Source: Candidatus Methylacidiphilales bacterium
GTDB taxonomy: Bacteria > Verrucomicrobiota > Verrucomicrobiia > Methylacidiphilales > JBCBYL01
DNA length: 64,000 bases
Assembly (NCBI GenBank): GCA_050329585.1
Contig: JBHJOR010000010.1
Coordinates: forward strand, 26,132 to 90,131
Direction: 5' to 3'
The number at the start of each line of letters is the position of its first letter. The first letter of the stretch is position 1. The notes under the pieces were generated by a model. That model was not told the DNA's origin and made no database searches. It saw nothing but the letters and a program-made list of their open reading frames with translations. Shown here piece after piece: positions 1-9,567 of this stretch. The translations under genes and the position numbers were made by a program.

Positions 1-307
1 ACTGGTAGGAGAACCGACCAACGAGGAGGCATGGGAGCGGCTCAAGATCATGGAATCCACCCAAGATGGGTTTAAGATTGCAGAAGAGGATTTGCGGCTG
101 CGCGGGCCGGGAGATTTATTGGGTAAGGATCAGAGCGGATACGCCATGAAGCTGATTCGTTGGGGGCGGGATTTGGATTTGATCGAAGGCTGCCGCCGTT
201 TGGTGGACTCCATACTAGATCAAGACCCTGAATTGAAGCATCATCCGGGGCTCAAAGCCCGAATCCGCCCCTTTTTAGAAGGGACTTCCTCCAGATTAGC
301 TGGATGA
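1..307 (+). CDS. recG: ATP-dependent DNA helicase RecG, C-terminal fragment (5' end lies outside the window)
   Basis: The frame is open from the window edge to the stop at 305-307. The tail 'EEDLRLRGPGDLLGKDQSG' matches the conserved RecG C-terminal motif as I remember it. Confidence 0.7.
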   Translation, partial: LVGEPTNEEAWERLKIMESTQDGFKIAEEDLRLRGPGDLLGKDQSGYAMKLIRWGRDLDLIEGCRRLVDSILDQDPELKHHPGLKARIRPFLEGTSSRLAG

Positions 308-401
308 CAGGTAATGTTATATGTTGCACAATTCTGGAAATTCTCTAGCTCGAATGCTTTACTAAATCTACAATCAGATCAGAAAAGAAGAATACAGCAA
401 T

Positions 402-2486
402 ATGAGTGATATCTCTAAATACAGGAACATTGGCATTTTCGCCCATGTGGACGCCGGGAAAACGACCACCACCGAACGGATTTTGAAATTGACCGGTAAA
501 ATTCACAAACTGGGCGAAGTGCACGATGGTGCCGCCACCACTGACTTCATGGAGCAAGAGCAGGAACGTGGGATCACCATCCAATCGGCGGCGACTTCTT
601 GTTTTTGGAAAGGGCACCGTTTCAATATCATCGATACCCCCGGTCACGTGGATTTCACGATTGAAGTCTATCGTTCCCTGAAAGTTCTGGACGGAGGTAT
701 TGGCGTTTTCTGCGGTTCTGGCGGGGTTGAACCTCAATCAGAAACCAACTGGCGCTACGCTAACGATTCCAAAGTGGCACGGGTCATTTACGTCAACAAG
801 CTCGACCGCGTGGGTGCTGATTTTTATAAGGTGGTGGACCAGGTTCGTCGCATTCTGGCCGCCAAAGCATTGGTCATGGTGTTGCCGATAGGAACCGAAG
901 GCGAGTTCAAAGGGGTAGTCGATTTGTTGACCCGTAAGTCCTATATATGGGACGAATCGGGTGATCCTGAAAAATTCACGGTGGGTGAGGTTCCTGCAGA
1001 CATGAAGGACAAAGTGGAGGAATTCCGCAACCTGCTGATTGAGACGGCGGTGGAGCAGGATGATGCGGTGATGGAAAAGTATTTGGAGGGCGTTGAGCCG
1101 GACATCGAAACCATCAAGGCTTGTGTGCGTAAAGGCACTATCAAACTGGATTTTTTCCCCACCTTCTGCGGCTCCTCTTTCAAAAACAAAGGGGTTCAAA
1201 ATGTTCTCGACGCTGTGGTGGATTATCTTCCTGCGCCGATGGAGGTTAATCCTCAGCCCGAAGTGGATTTGGAAGGAAATGAAACCGGTGAGTTTGCCTT
1301 GGTGGATCCTAGCAAACCATTGCGGGCTTTGGCCTTCAAGATCATGGATGATAAATTTGGAGCGTTGACCTTCACCCGAATTTATTCCGGTCGTTTGAAA
1401 AAAGGTGACACCGTTCTGAATACCGCCACTGGAAAAACCGAGCGTATCGGGCGTCTGGTGGAAATGCATGCCAACGAACGTATTGAAATCGATTCTGCTC
1501 AGGCGGGTGACATTGTGGCGTTGGTGGGTTTGAAGACCATTCAGACTGGCCACACGCTCTGCGATCCCAAAAATCCTGCTACGTTGGAGCCGATGGTGTT
1601 CCCTGAGCCGGTGATCTCCATGGCGGTATCGGCGGTTGACAAGGCCAATTCCGAACGACTAGGCGAAGCACTGGGTAAAATGATTCAGGAAGATCCTTCA
1701 TTTCGGGTTGAAACTGACCAAGACAGCGGGGAAACCATTCTGATGGGGATGGGGGAACTTCACTTGGATATCAAAGTGGATATTCTCAAACGCACCCACA
1801 AAGTTGAGGTTCAAGTCGGCAAACCCCAAGTCGCCTATCGTGAAACAATCACTCAGCGGATCGAGGACGGTTACACACACAAAAAGCAGTCCGGTGGATC
1901 AGGTCAGTTTGCTAAAATCGACTACATCATCGAACCGGGTGAAAAAGGCACAGGCTACGTGTTTGAGTCGAAAGTCACTGGAGGTAACGTTCCCCGTGAG
2001 TTTTGGCCCGCTGTAGATAAAGGCTTCAAAAATAGTGTGGATAAAGGTGTTTTGGCCGGATATCCGGTGGTGGATGTCAAGTTCACGTTGACGGATGGAG
2101 GCTTCCATGCGGTGGATTCCTCGGCTATCGCCTTCGAAATCGCCGCCCGCTCGGCCTATCGTCAGACCATGCCCAAGGCTGGCCCGCAGATTCTGGAGCC
2201 GATTATGAAAGTCGATGTCTATTGCCCTGAGGACAACTTGGGGGATGTTATCGGAGACTTAAACCGGCGCCGCGGAATGATTCTTTCCCAAGAACCCACC
2301 CCCACAGGTGTGCGTGTTAAGGCCCAAGCACCTCTCAGTGACATGTTCGGATACATTGGTGACCTACGATCCTTCACATCCGGACGCGGACAGTTTTCGA
2401 TGGAATTCGAACATTATGCTCCGTGTCCCCGCAACGTGGCAGAACAGGTTATTGCGGAAGCCAAGGAACGAAACGCCAAGAAATAG
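402..2486 (+). CDS. fusA: Translation elongation factor G (694 aa)
   Basis: G1 '[12 protein letters not shown]', G3 'DTPGHVDF' and G4 'NKLD' are present. Full-length EF-G domain II-V sequence follows, e.g. 'MGELHLDI' and 'HAVDSS'. Confidence 0.95.
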   Translation: MSDISKYRNIGIFAHVDAGKTTTTERILKLTGKIHKLGEVHDGAATTDFMEQEQERGITIQSAATSCFWKGHRFNIIDTPGHVDFTIEVYRSLKVLDGGIGVFCGSGGVEPQSETNWRYANDSKVARVIYVNKLDRVGADFYKVVDQVRRILAAKALVMVLPIGTEGEFKGVVDLLTRKSYIWDESGDPEKFTVGEVPADMKDKVEEFRNLLIETAVEQDDAVMEKYLEGVEPDIETIKACVRKGTIKLDFFPTFCGSSFKNKGVQNVLDAVVDYLPAPMEVNPQPEVDLEGNETGEFALVDPSKPLRALAFKIMDDKFGALTFTRIYSGRLKKGDTVLNTATGKTERIGRLVEMHANERIEIDSAQAGDIVALVGLKTIQTGHTLCDPKNPATLEPMVFPEPVISMAVSAVDKANSERLGEALGKMIQEDPSFRVETDQDSGETILMGMGELHLDIKVDILKRTHKVEVQVGKPQVAYRETITQRIEDGYTHKKQSGGSGQFAKIDYIIEPGEKGTGYVFESKVTGGNVPREFWPAVDKGFKNSVDKGVLAGYPVVDVKFTLTDGGFHAVDSSAIAFEIAARSAYRQTMPKAGPQILEPIMKVDVYCPEDNLGDVIGDLNRRRGMILSQEPTPTGVRVKAQAPLSDMFGYIGDLRSFTSGRGQFSMEFEHYAPCPRNVAEQVIAEAKERNAKK

Positions 2487-2534
2487 CCGATGGGCACCGG
2501 AATGTTACCGGGTTACCATGAAGGCCGTATTCAA

Positions 2535-2570
2535 TCACCGGGAGAGCCACCTCCCGGTGACTTGTTATAT
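2535..2570 (+). terminator. Putative intrinsic terminator after the EF-G gene
   Basis: Perfect 10-bp stem TCACCGGGAG/CTCCCGGTGA (2535-2544 and 2551-2560) with a 6-nt loop. It is followed by the only moderately U-rich CTTGTTATAT. Confidence 0.45.
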
Positions 2571-2645
2571 GAGCGTTTCGGATTATTCTATCACCCGGCT
2601 GCCGGGTCAAAACATCTGTATCCAGCGGACTGAGGGTAACGGTTT

Positions 2646-4082
2646 ATGAAACGATCCGCCTACATCTTGGTTTTGTTTGTGGGATTGAATGCGCTGGTTT
2701 TCTGGATCACCTCATGGCAAACACCGTCGTCTCCTGGAAAAGGGGTGCCGAAACGCGAGGAATCTACTCCCAGTCTGCTGGTACCAACGGAAGCGGTTAA
2801 GCCTTCCCGATCCATTCTTGCGGGAAGGATGCCTGTATACTTGGAACAGCTTTCCGAGGACAGGCAGCAATCGGTTTCACAAGTGCTTCCGTCTATCGCT
2901 CAGCTGGTGATCAGTTGGCGAAATCCTGATGAGACTTGGAAAGAAAGTCGAGTAACGACTGTATGTATTGATCCAGCCGGATACTACATTGCGCCTTGGG
3001 TTGAAGTGAGCAAGGGCGAGGTGTTTCGACTGCGATTGGGCCATCTGCGTGAAGAAGAATGTCATTTGGAAGGTTTTGATCCTGTCAGCGGAATCGCTAT
3101 GCTGAAAAGTGCGGGACAAGCGGGCACGGCAGTATCATTAGGCAACGGCTTGGCAGGGGCATTCGGAATGCCCTTGATGAGTATCTGGATGGATTCAAAT
3201 GGAAGGCCCCGGGCAAGCAGTGGTATGCTCGATGGTATTGTCTATCGAAGCGATAGAGCGTTTAAGAATGCAGCTCTGGGTTTTGTTTCGGCAGATTTTC
3301 CGGGTGAATCAAATCGTTTAGGAAGCGTGGCTATCAACATGTCAGGACAGGTTGTGGGTATGCGTTTGGCGGAGGATGATCAGCAGCATGGATTGTTGCT
3401 GGCTTCGGAGCTTATCGGAATTGTAGCCACCCAGCTGAGAGTTCAAGGCTTTGTCAGCAGGGTAGAGCTTGGTTTTGCCGTCCAAACATGGGCTTCAGAA
3501 TTGAATCCATGGTGGGATAAAATAGATTTAACCTCCGGACTGGTAGTGAATACGGTTCTTGATCAAGGGGCAGGTCACCGGGGTGGTTTGCGTGAAGGCG
3601 ATGTGATTGTTGGCCTGGATGGACAAGCCGTTCAGCAGCCGGAATATTTCTATTATCTGGCTGGAGGAAAACCCAGGGATAAGGCACTTGAGCTGGATGT
3701 GTTCCGCCAAGGTGAGCGATTGCGGATTGTAGTTGAGCCGGACTGGGTGGGTTCTCCTGATGGCTCCTCCAGATTTGATGATTCACAGGGTGCCAAAGTG
3801 GATGAGCCGGGTCATGTTATAGATGGATTTACTTTTTTGGTGGAAGCTACCGAGCCGGGTTCATGGCGTTGGATGGTCAAGAGTATCGATCCGGGAAAGG
3901 TGATTTGTCTTCCGCAGCTCCAGCCCGGGGACGAGGTGATACAGATCAACGATCTAGAGTTGGGTTCCCATTCTGCATGGCCAGAGGGTTGGTATCAGTC
4001 CAGTCCTTCACAACGAGCCTTGTTTCGAGTCAACCGTCAAGGACAGCTTTTTTGGTCGGCGGCACGTGGACGCGTAAGGTAA
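2646..4082 (+). CDS. Membrane-anchored HtrA-like protein with two PDZ-like domains; the protease core may be degenerate
   Basis: N-terminal TM helix 'AYILVLFVGLNALVFWI'. Trypsin-fold-like segments 'GIAMLKS' and 'PGESNRLGSVAINMSGQVVGM'. PDZ-like segments 'GLVVNTV..GLREGDVIVGLDG' and 'LQPGDEVIQINDLEL'. Confidence 0.6.
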   Translation: MKRSAYILVLFVGLNALVFWITSWQTPSSPGKGVPKREESTPSLLVPTEAVKPSRSILAGRMPVYLEQLSEDRQQSVSQVLPSIAQLVISWRNPDETWKESRVTTVCIDPAGYYIAPWVEVSKGEVFRLRLGHLREEECHLEGFDPVSGIAMLKSAGQAGTAVSLGNGLAGAFGMPLMSIWMDSNGRPRASSGMLDGIVYRSDRAFKNAALGFVSADFPGESNRLGSVAINMSGQVVGMRLAEDDQQHGLLLASELIGIVATQLRVQGFVSRVELGFAVQTWASELNPWWDKIDLTSGLVVNTVLDQGAGHRGGLREGDVIVGLDGQAVQQPEYFYYLAGGKPRDKALELDVFRQGERLRIVVEPDWVGSPDGSSRFDDSQGAKVDEPGHVIDGFTFLVEATEPGSWRWMVKSIDPGKVICLPQLQPGDEVIQINDLELGSHSAWPEGWYQSSPSQRALFRVNRQGQLFWSAARGRVR

Positions 4083-4144
4083 TGTTAGCGGCACGGAAAA
4101 GCGCGGACTTGTTTTTTTAAGCTGGGGATCTATAGGATATTGAG

Positions 4145-4837
4145 ATGCCGGGTTTCCCACACATTGTTGTTGTTGACGATGATGAGGCTATCGTTGACAT
4201 CCTGAGCTATTCACTACGTAAAAAATTCCCTGATGGTAAAATTACAGGTTTTCATTCCCCAATTGAAGCCTTGCAGTGGTTAAAGGGCGAATCGCCGGAT
4301 TTAGTGCTGACCGATCTGAATATGCCGCAAGTGGACGGAAGGCAATTAATCGAACATGTTCAGATGAAGCCCAACCGCATCCCGGTATTTGTGATATCAG
4401 GAGCGTTTACACTGAGTGAACTCAGGGAAATGGAATCTCAATATAGTCATGTGCGTGTTTTTGCCAAACCCCTACTGACCCGTGAGTTGATTCAAGCTAT
4501 TGAGGAGGTATTGGGAAATCGTGAAATAAACGAGGGCAGTAAGTTATTGGGTCTGGATCTGTTAAATTTATTACAACTCATCAACTTGCAGCGCAAGACC
4601 GCTCGAATTGATATCAGCCATGAATCAGGAAACGGATTTGTGGTGATTCGTGAAGGTGAGTTGATTCGGGCTGAATTTGGCGGGAATTCTGGAGATGCTG
4701 CCTTTTTCAAAGTTCTGGCCCTCTCAAATCCAAAGATCAAAATGTTGCCAGAGGTTGGTGTATCGGATAAGCCGGAGCTGAGTGCCTTTTCGATGTTGTT
4801 GAAGGAATTCGTCCGTCGGCGCGATGAAAGCCGGTGA
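4145..4837 (+). CDS. Response regulator: receiver domain plus C-terminal DUF4388 (PatA-N/PATAN-like) domain
   Basis: Receiver motifs 'VVVDDDE', 'LVLTDLNMPQVDG' and 'FAKP'. The C-terminal 'LLNLLQLINLQRKTARIDI...GELIRAEFGG..GDAAFFKVL' resembles the DUF4388 signature. Confidence 0.75.
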   Translation: MPGFPHIVVVDDDEAIVDILSYSLRKKFPDGKITGFHSPIEALQWLKGESPDLVLTDLNMPQVDGRQLIEHVQMKPNRIPVFVISGAFTLSELREMESQYSHVRVFAKPLLTRELIQAIEEVLGNREINEGSKLLGLDLLNLLQLINLQRKTARIDISHESGNGFVVIREGELIRAEFGGNSGDAAFFKVLALSNPKIKMLPEVGVSDKPELSAFSMLLKEFVRRRDESR

Positions 4838-5801
4838 AACGTTCCCAAGGGAAGATGCGGAGGTGTGCATCTCCCTCGAAAATCACCCTAAACCCGAAAA
4901 GCGCGTTTGGCCGGAGGCTCAATGGCACCATCGTAAAGCGGTATATGATTCCAGAGTGCACCGGGTGTTGGATCCACTGCTTGAACATCGCTTGAGGCGA
5001 GAGGCTCATCCGGTTCATGACTTTCTCTTCACTTACTACCGCTTCCGGCCCGCGCAACTGATGACGTGGTCTCCAGGTGTGGGGCAGACCTTGGAGGGTG
5101 GCCATGTGCTCGACTTACCCTTTTGGAGTGCCCATCACGACGGAAGCGGCGAGTTGGATTCAACTCGTTTTCCAGAAAAACGACGGGAGAGTTTGAAGTG
5201 GGTTTGTCATTTACTTAGTTCGACCGCCCGGCGTGAGCCCGTATTTTCGTGTTATGGTTTGCATGAATGGGCTATGCTTTATCGAGCTCAAAAAGCGCGT
5301 CATCAGGTTCCTTTACGGGTGAGTCCCCGAGAGTTGGAAGTGGTCGTGGAAAAGTTGAATGTGCGGTGTACTCACTTTGATGCGTTCCGCTTCTTCACTG
5401 CCCCCGCCGTTCCACGGAACCGCCACCGCCTTACCCGAGACAACCGGCTAGAGTTTGAGCAACCGGGATGTGTTCACGCCAACATGGATCTGTACAAATG
5501 GGCACATAAATTTTATCCGTGGGTGCAATCGGAAGTAATCCTGGATGCCTTTGAACTGGCACTGGAGGCCCGGCGTCTAGACATGCAAGCTAGTCCTTAT
5601 GACCTTACTGCATGGGGATTTGTCCCGGTAGCTATAGAAACCCCCCGGGGACGCTTGGAATATGAAGAGCGTCAACGCCATCTAACAGGTCTGGCAGCTC
5701 TACTTCGGCAGCGACTGAAGGATGAACTGGAGAGAATAATACAGCTGCTGTATCATGAATGTGGATTTACAAGTTGCCAAGGACATCCGGTTCCGGCTTA
5801 A
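4824..5801 (+). CDS. Conserved protein of unknown function
   Basis: Long ORF with a 14-nt overlap on the upstream regulator gene. It carries 'FLFTYYRFRPAQL' and 'GLHEWAMLYR'. From memory, homologues with these motifs are sometimes auto-annotated as 3-methyladenine DNA glycosylase; I could not check this. Confidence 0.6.
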   Translation: MKAGETFPREDAEVCISLENHPKPEKRVWPEAQWHHRKAVYDSRVHRVLDPLLEHRLRREAHPVHDFLFTYYRFRPAQLMTWSPGVGQTLEGGHVLDLPFWSAHHDGSGELDSTRFPEKRRESLKWVCHLLSSTARREPVFSCYGLHEWAMLYRAQKARHQVPLRVSPRELEVVVEKLNVRCTHFDAFRFFTAPAVPRNRHRLTRDNRLEFEQPGCVHANMDLYKWAHKFYPWVQSEVILDAFELALEARRLDMQASPYDLTAWGFVPVAIETPRGRLEYEERQRHLTGLAALLRQRLKDELERIIQLLYHECGFTSCQGHPVPA

Positions 5802-5813
5802 TCTTATTTTCTG

Positions 5814-5901
5814 GGTGCGGTGGCTGAGTGGTCGAAAGCAACGGTTTGCTAAATCGTCGAGCCCCACAAGGGTTCCGAGGGTTCGAATCCCTCCCGCACC
5901 G
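5814..5901 (+). tRNA. tRNA-Ser (anticodon GCT), long variable arm, CCA not encoded
   Basis: Acceptor stem GGTGCGG/CCGCACC. Anticodon stem ACGGT/ATCGT with loop TTGCTAA. Long variable arm CGAGCCCCACAAGGGTTCC. T arm GAGGG-TTCGAAT-CCCTC. Discriminator G. Confidence 0.9.
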
Positions 5902-5938
5902 GTTTTTCCACCACGCTGATCGAGATGGATGGTTCGAA

Positions 5939-6892
5939 TCAATCCTCAGCCTTCGGCCAGTTCCCAGAGCGATATTGGGCCACACAGAGAGATGCGTATT
6001 CCCCCATTTTTTCGTCCAGTGCTCCGGGTTCGATCTGACAAACTCCCAGAGATCTTGGCAACACTTCAGCTTTAAGAACTTCTCGCATGGAGGGCTCGAT
6101 CAAGCCACGGCATCTACTGTAGATACCTCCAATCACGATGCGCTCAGGGTTAAACAGGTCGATGAGAATAGCCAGAGCCCGGCCGTAATCCATGCCTACT
6201 CTTCGAAACAATGCAGTGGCTATTTTATCACCCTTGCCAGCCGCTATAGCGGCATGCTCAGCGGTAATGTCCTCAATTTTATCATGATTAAAAGGGACAT
6301 GGCCGTCTTCGGCTGCTGCTTCGGCTTGCGCGAGCTGGGCGATTCCTCCTCCACTACAGAAGCCCTCTACCGAGCCCGATTTCCCGTAGCCCATAGGGCC
6401 GTCGGGGGCAAGGCGTATATGACCGATTTCTCCGGCTGCACCGGATGCTCCCTCGTAGAGAGTGCTATTAAGAATCAAGCCCGCACCAAATCCGGTGCCG
6501 GCAGTGATAAAAATCATATGGCGGCTACGCTCACCTGCCCCATGCCGCCATTCAGCCAGAGCTCCGGCGTTGGCGTCGTTCATCAGCCAAGCTCTGGCAC
6601 CCACATTCGATTCGATCTCTTTGATGATTTCAATGCGATCCCAGCCGGGGAGATTGGGGGGTGAGAGAATGAGGCCTTTGTTACGATCCAGCGGATCTCC
6701 ACACGATATCCCGATCAGAGATTTTTCATTGGCTCCCATTTTTTTGAGTTTTGTAATGATTCGGGGAATGGCTTCAGATGGTACACACGTAGGGAAGCGC
6801 TCCGACTCATCGGGTAGTCCGGCTTTGGTGGCCTTCACCACCGTGATTTTGGTGCCTCCGATATCAACGCCAAAATACTTCTGTGTTTGCAT
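5939..6892 (-). CDS. ROK-family sugar kinase (glucokinase / N-acetylhexosamine kinase-like)
   Basis: N-terminal 'FGVDIGGTKI', 'NDANAGALAE' and 'GEIGH' ROK signatures. Confidence 0.85.
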   Translation of the reverse strand: MQTQKYFGVDIGGTKITVVKATKAGLPDESERFPTCVPSEAIPRIITKLKKMGANEKSLIGISCGDPLDRNKGLILSPPNLPGWDRIEIIKEIESNVGARAWLMNDANAGALAEWRHGAGERSRHMIFITAGTGFGAGLILNSTLYEGASGAAGEIGHIRLAPDGPMGYGKSGSVEGFCSGGGIAQLAQAEAAAEDGHVPFNHDKIEDITAEHAAIAAGKGDKIATALFRRVGMDYGRALAILIDLFNPERIVIGGIYSRCRGLIEPSMREVLKAEVLPRSLGVCQIEPGALDEKMGEYASLCVAQYRSGNWPKAED

Positions 6893-6901
6893 CTCTATGA
6901 A

Positions 6902-8017
6902 TCATGCGCTTGGGCGTGGAAGTTTCAAGTAACGATCATAAAGTGCTTCGGTATTGCAGCACATACGGTCAATCCCGTGCCTTGTTTCGGCCAGTGCCCG
7001 GGCAGCTTGTCCGAGTTTTTCCCTTGCGGATGTGTTTTCGAGAAGTGTGAGTATAGCTTTGGCCGTGGCGTCGGCATCTCCTGTGGGGGCCAAAAGACCG
7101 GTTTGCCCGTCGGTGATCACCTCAGGGATGCCGCCAGTGAGACTGCCCACCACAGCTTTTCCGCAAGCCTGGGCCTGTAGCACAATTTGGGGGATCCCTT
7201 CGTGGGCCAAAGAGGGTAGTACCAGCACGTCCAAAGCCGCTAGCAGATCCGGCACATCGTCACGGTGTCCAAGCAACTTCACTTTAGCAGAAAGTGAGAG
7301 TTCGGTGATCCATTGTTGGATCAGCTCCCGCATCGGGCCCTCTCCCGCGATAAAGAAGGAAACGTCGGAACGCTGATCCAGAATGCTGCGTGCCGCTTCA
7401 AGAAATATCCGGTGCCCCTTCCAACTACGCAAAACGGAGATCATTCCAACCAGATGGACGGATTCATCTGTCAGTAGTTCGGATCTTAGTACGGGCGATG
7501 TAGCCGGTCGGTAGGTATGGAGATCTATACCGGTGGGAATACACGTGAGACGATTAGGATCCAGCCCCAGTTTTTCAATCAATCCCTGAGAAATTTTCTG
7601 ACTGGTAGTGGTGACATGATGCGGCAGATGGGCATAAGCCCAACGGCTGACCAAACGGTTGGGGTAATCCACATCGATATGACGTGCACGGATCACAAGG
7701 GGAACCCCGGCTAAGCGGGCGGCAATGCCTCCAAGATAGCTGTCCCGGGAACTGTGGGTGTGGACGACGGTGACTCGTTCCTGACGGAAACGTCTGGCTA
7801 GAGAAGCGATAGTCAAGGGGTAGCGCAAACGATTGGAACACAATGGAAATACGGTAATACCATGCCGGAGAGCTTCTTCACGGATATGGCTGTTAGTTGG
7901 CGTGAACAGCATCACACGGTGACCCCGCTTTCGCATGGCCAGAAGTTCTTGCGTGATCCGGATTTCTTGTCCTCCCCAGCCGAGGGAATTTTCTGTGTGC
8001 GCGAGGGTGAGAGTCAT
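6902..8017 (-). CDS. Glycosyltransferase family 4 (GT-B fold)
   Basis: N-terminal 'GWGGQE' glycosyltransferase-4-like region. C-terminal 'LPSLAHEGIPQIVLQAQACGKAVV' matches the EX7E-type GT1/GT4 motif. Confidence 0.85.
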   Translation of the reverse strand: MTLTLAHTENSLGWGGQEIRITQELLAMRKRGHRVMLFTPTNSHIREEALRHGITVFPLCSNRLRYPLTIASLARRFRQERVTVVHTHSSRDSYLGGIAARLAGVPLVIRARHIDVDYPNRLVSRWAYAHLPHHVTTTSQKISQGLIEKLGLDPNRLTCIPTGIDLHTYRPATSPVLRSELLTDESVHLVGMISVLRSWKGHRIFLEAARSILDQRSDVSFFIAGEGPMRELIQQWITELSLSAKVKLLGHRDDVPDLLAALDVLVLPSLAHEGIPQIVLQAQACGKAVVGSLTGGIPEVITDGQTGLLAPTGDADATAKAILTLLENTSAREKLGQAARALAETRHGIDRMCCNTEALYDRYLKLPRPSA

Positions 8018-8122
8018 GTCGGTTGATTAAGCCATCCTTTAATAAATGCTTATGACAAACTAAAGGATCACGAGTGCATGGTAAATGTGTACTTTACGAT
8101 TTACCATCCAAGCAGAGGATCC

Positions 8123-9535
8123 ATGATGAAAATTGTGAGGAAAGTTCTTTTATATTTAATTATGGGGCTGGTGGTTGCGCTGTTTTTGGCAGCGGTGGGC
8201 GGATGGATTTTCTTAAAGTCAGACCATTTGCGAAAGAAAGTGGAATCCATGGCCGCACGACAGACCGGAACCAAGGTGGAGGTACGCTCCTTGTCGTTAG
8301 CTTGGAATGGGTTGGTACTTCAAGGACTCAACATTCCCAATCCTTCTCCCTACACGGATCGATTCCTCTTTGTGGAAGAAGTAGCCTTGGAAGTACCGTG
8401 GATCAAGCTGATACGGGGTGATATGGATCTGAAAACCCTGACGGTGCGGGATTCGGTGGTGACGATCCATCAACGGCCCCAAGGCGGTTTTGCACTACCG
8501 GTCGCTCCCCGTGAAGCGACTCCCCAACCTACCACGGCAAACTCTGAAACGAAGCACCCACCAGATGCGCGTCTGCAGATGTGGAAACTCAAGAATAGTC
8601 ATTTTGATATTTTTGATGAATCGGGAGATCAACTGATTCGGGTAGAGGGCGCGGATGCGCAAGGAGACTTGGCACTAATCGAAGGGGTGGCGCGCACACA
8701 GGGAACGGTTCGTATCGGGAAAGTGACTGTGATGTCAGATCTGCACTTCGAAAATACTGAGAGCGGTTTTCTTTATGAGGGTAGTCGATTGGATCTAGAG
8801 CCTATACGAGCAACCGCCTACGCGGGAACTTTGACTGGAACTTCCTATTTGGATCTTGAAGATGAAAGTGGAATGTTTCGCTTTGATTTAAGCGGAAAAG
8901 AAATCGACACCGATCTACTGATGAGATCTTTTGGGAAGCCCGAGCAGTGGATGCAGGGAACGCTGGATTTGAACTTCAAGGCACAAGGCTTGCTGGATCA
9001 CCCTAAGGATTTGAAAGGAACCGGGGACTTCGTTATCGAGCCCGTCCATATGCCACACTTGAAGATATCAAAAGTTCTGGGTGCCCTGCTCGGCATCAAG
9101 CTGCTGGAAGATGGCACTTTCGAAAGTATTCAGGGCAACTTTAGGGTAGATAATCAAAAAGTGACCTTTACACGCTTAGATGTGCAATCCGAGCACCTAG
9201 TGGTTTTTTTGAAAGGAACTGTGGGGTTTGACCAACAATTAAATTTATCCGGAGAACTGGTGCTGCAGCCCGGGGTGGCGGCTTCTTTTGAGCAATTATT
9301 TGGTCAAACTGCCGATCAGGTTCGACAGGATGAGCGTCGGTTACCCCTGCGGATAACGGGCACTTCCTCTGATCCCAAAGTGTCTCTTGACGGAGTCGGT
9401 ACCGCTATAGATATAGGGCGGAGTCTTTTAGAACGTTTTCTCAAACCACAAAATCCAGAGGAGGGGTCTGAGCCGGAAGGCGAACTTAAAGAGGCAGATC
9501 TGGATGCGTTGATGAAAGGGTTGTTCGGAAAGTAG
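8123..9535 (+). CDS. AsmA-family outer-membrane biogenesis protein-like
   Basis: N-terminal anchor 'VLLYLIMGLVVALFLAAVGGWIF' followed by a long beta-rich body. The C-terminal 'LPLRITGTSSDPKVSLD' resembles the AsmA C-terminal motif. I prefer the start at the ATG pair at 8123 over the track start at 8078. Confidence 0.6.
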   Translation: MMKIVRKVLLYLIMGLVVALFLAAVGGWIFLKSDHLRKKVESMAARQTGTKVEVRSLSLAWNGLVLQGLNIPNPSPYTDRFLFVEEVALEVPWIKLIRGDMDLKTLTVRDSVVTIHQRPQGGFALPVAPREATPQPTTANSETKHPPDARLQMWKLKNSHFDIFDESGDQLIRVEGADAQGDLALIEGVARTQGTVRIGKVTVMSDLHFENTESGFLYEGSRLDLEPIRATAYAGTLTGTSYLDLEDESGMFRFDLSGKEIDTDLLMRSFGKPEQWMQGTLDLNFKAQGLLDHPKDLKGTGDFVIEPVHMPHLKISKVLGALLGIKLLEDGTFESIQGNFRVDNQKVTFTRLDVQSEHLVVFLKGTVGFDQQLNLSGELVLQPGVAASFEQLFGQTADQVRQDERRLPLRITGTSSDPKVSLDGVGTAIDIGRSLLERFLKPQNPEEGSEPEGELKEADLDALMKGLFGK

Positions 9536-9567
9536 ATAGCGGGGCATGCTGACAGCGCGCCTTCCGA

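Noticed and set aside
345-1553. Minus-strand ORFs of 130 and 271 aa inside the EF-G gene
   Set aside because: They lie antisense to a confidently identified, highly conserved gene. Their translations are low-complexity with no motifs, as expected for shadow ORFs.
2308-2649. 113-aa plus-strand ORF spanning the EF-G 3' end and the intergenic terminator
   Set aside because: It is out of frame with fusA for most of its length and runs across a terminator hairpin. It has no motif.
5880-5939. A 10-nt repeat GGTTCGAATC of the tRNA T-loop region (5880-5889) occurs again at 5930-5939, a possible att-site duplication
   Set aside because: The match is only 10 nt, lies 36 bp from the tRNA and falls at the 3' end of the ROK gene. 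There is no integrase or island content nearby, so it is most likely chance.
5828-6664. 278-aa plus-strand ORF starting inside the tRNA-Ser gene
   Set aside because: It overlaps the tRNA and is antisense to the ROK kinase gene, so I treat it as a shadow ORF.
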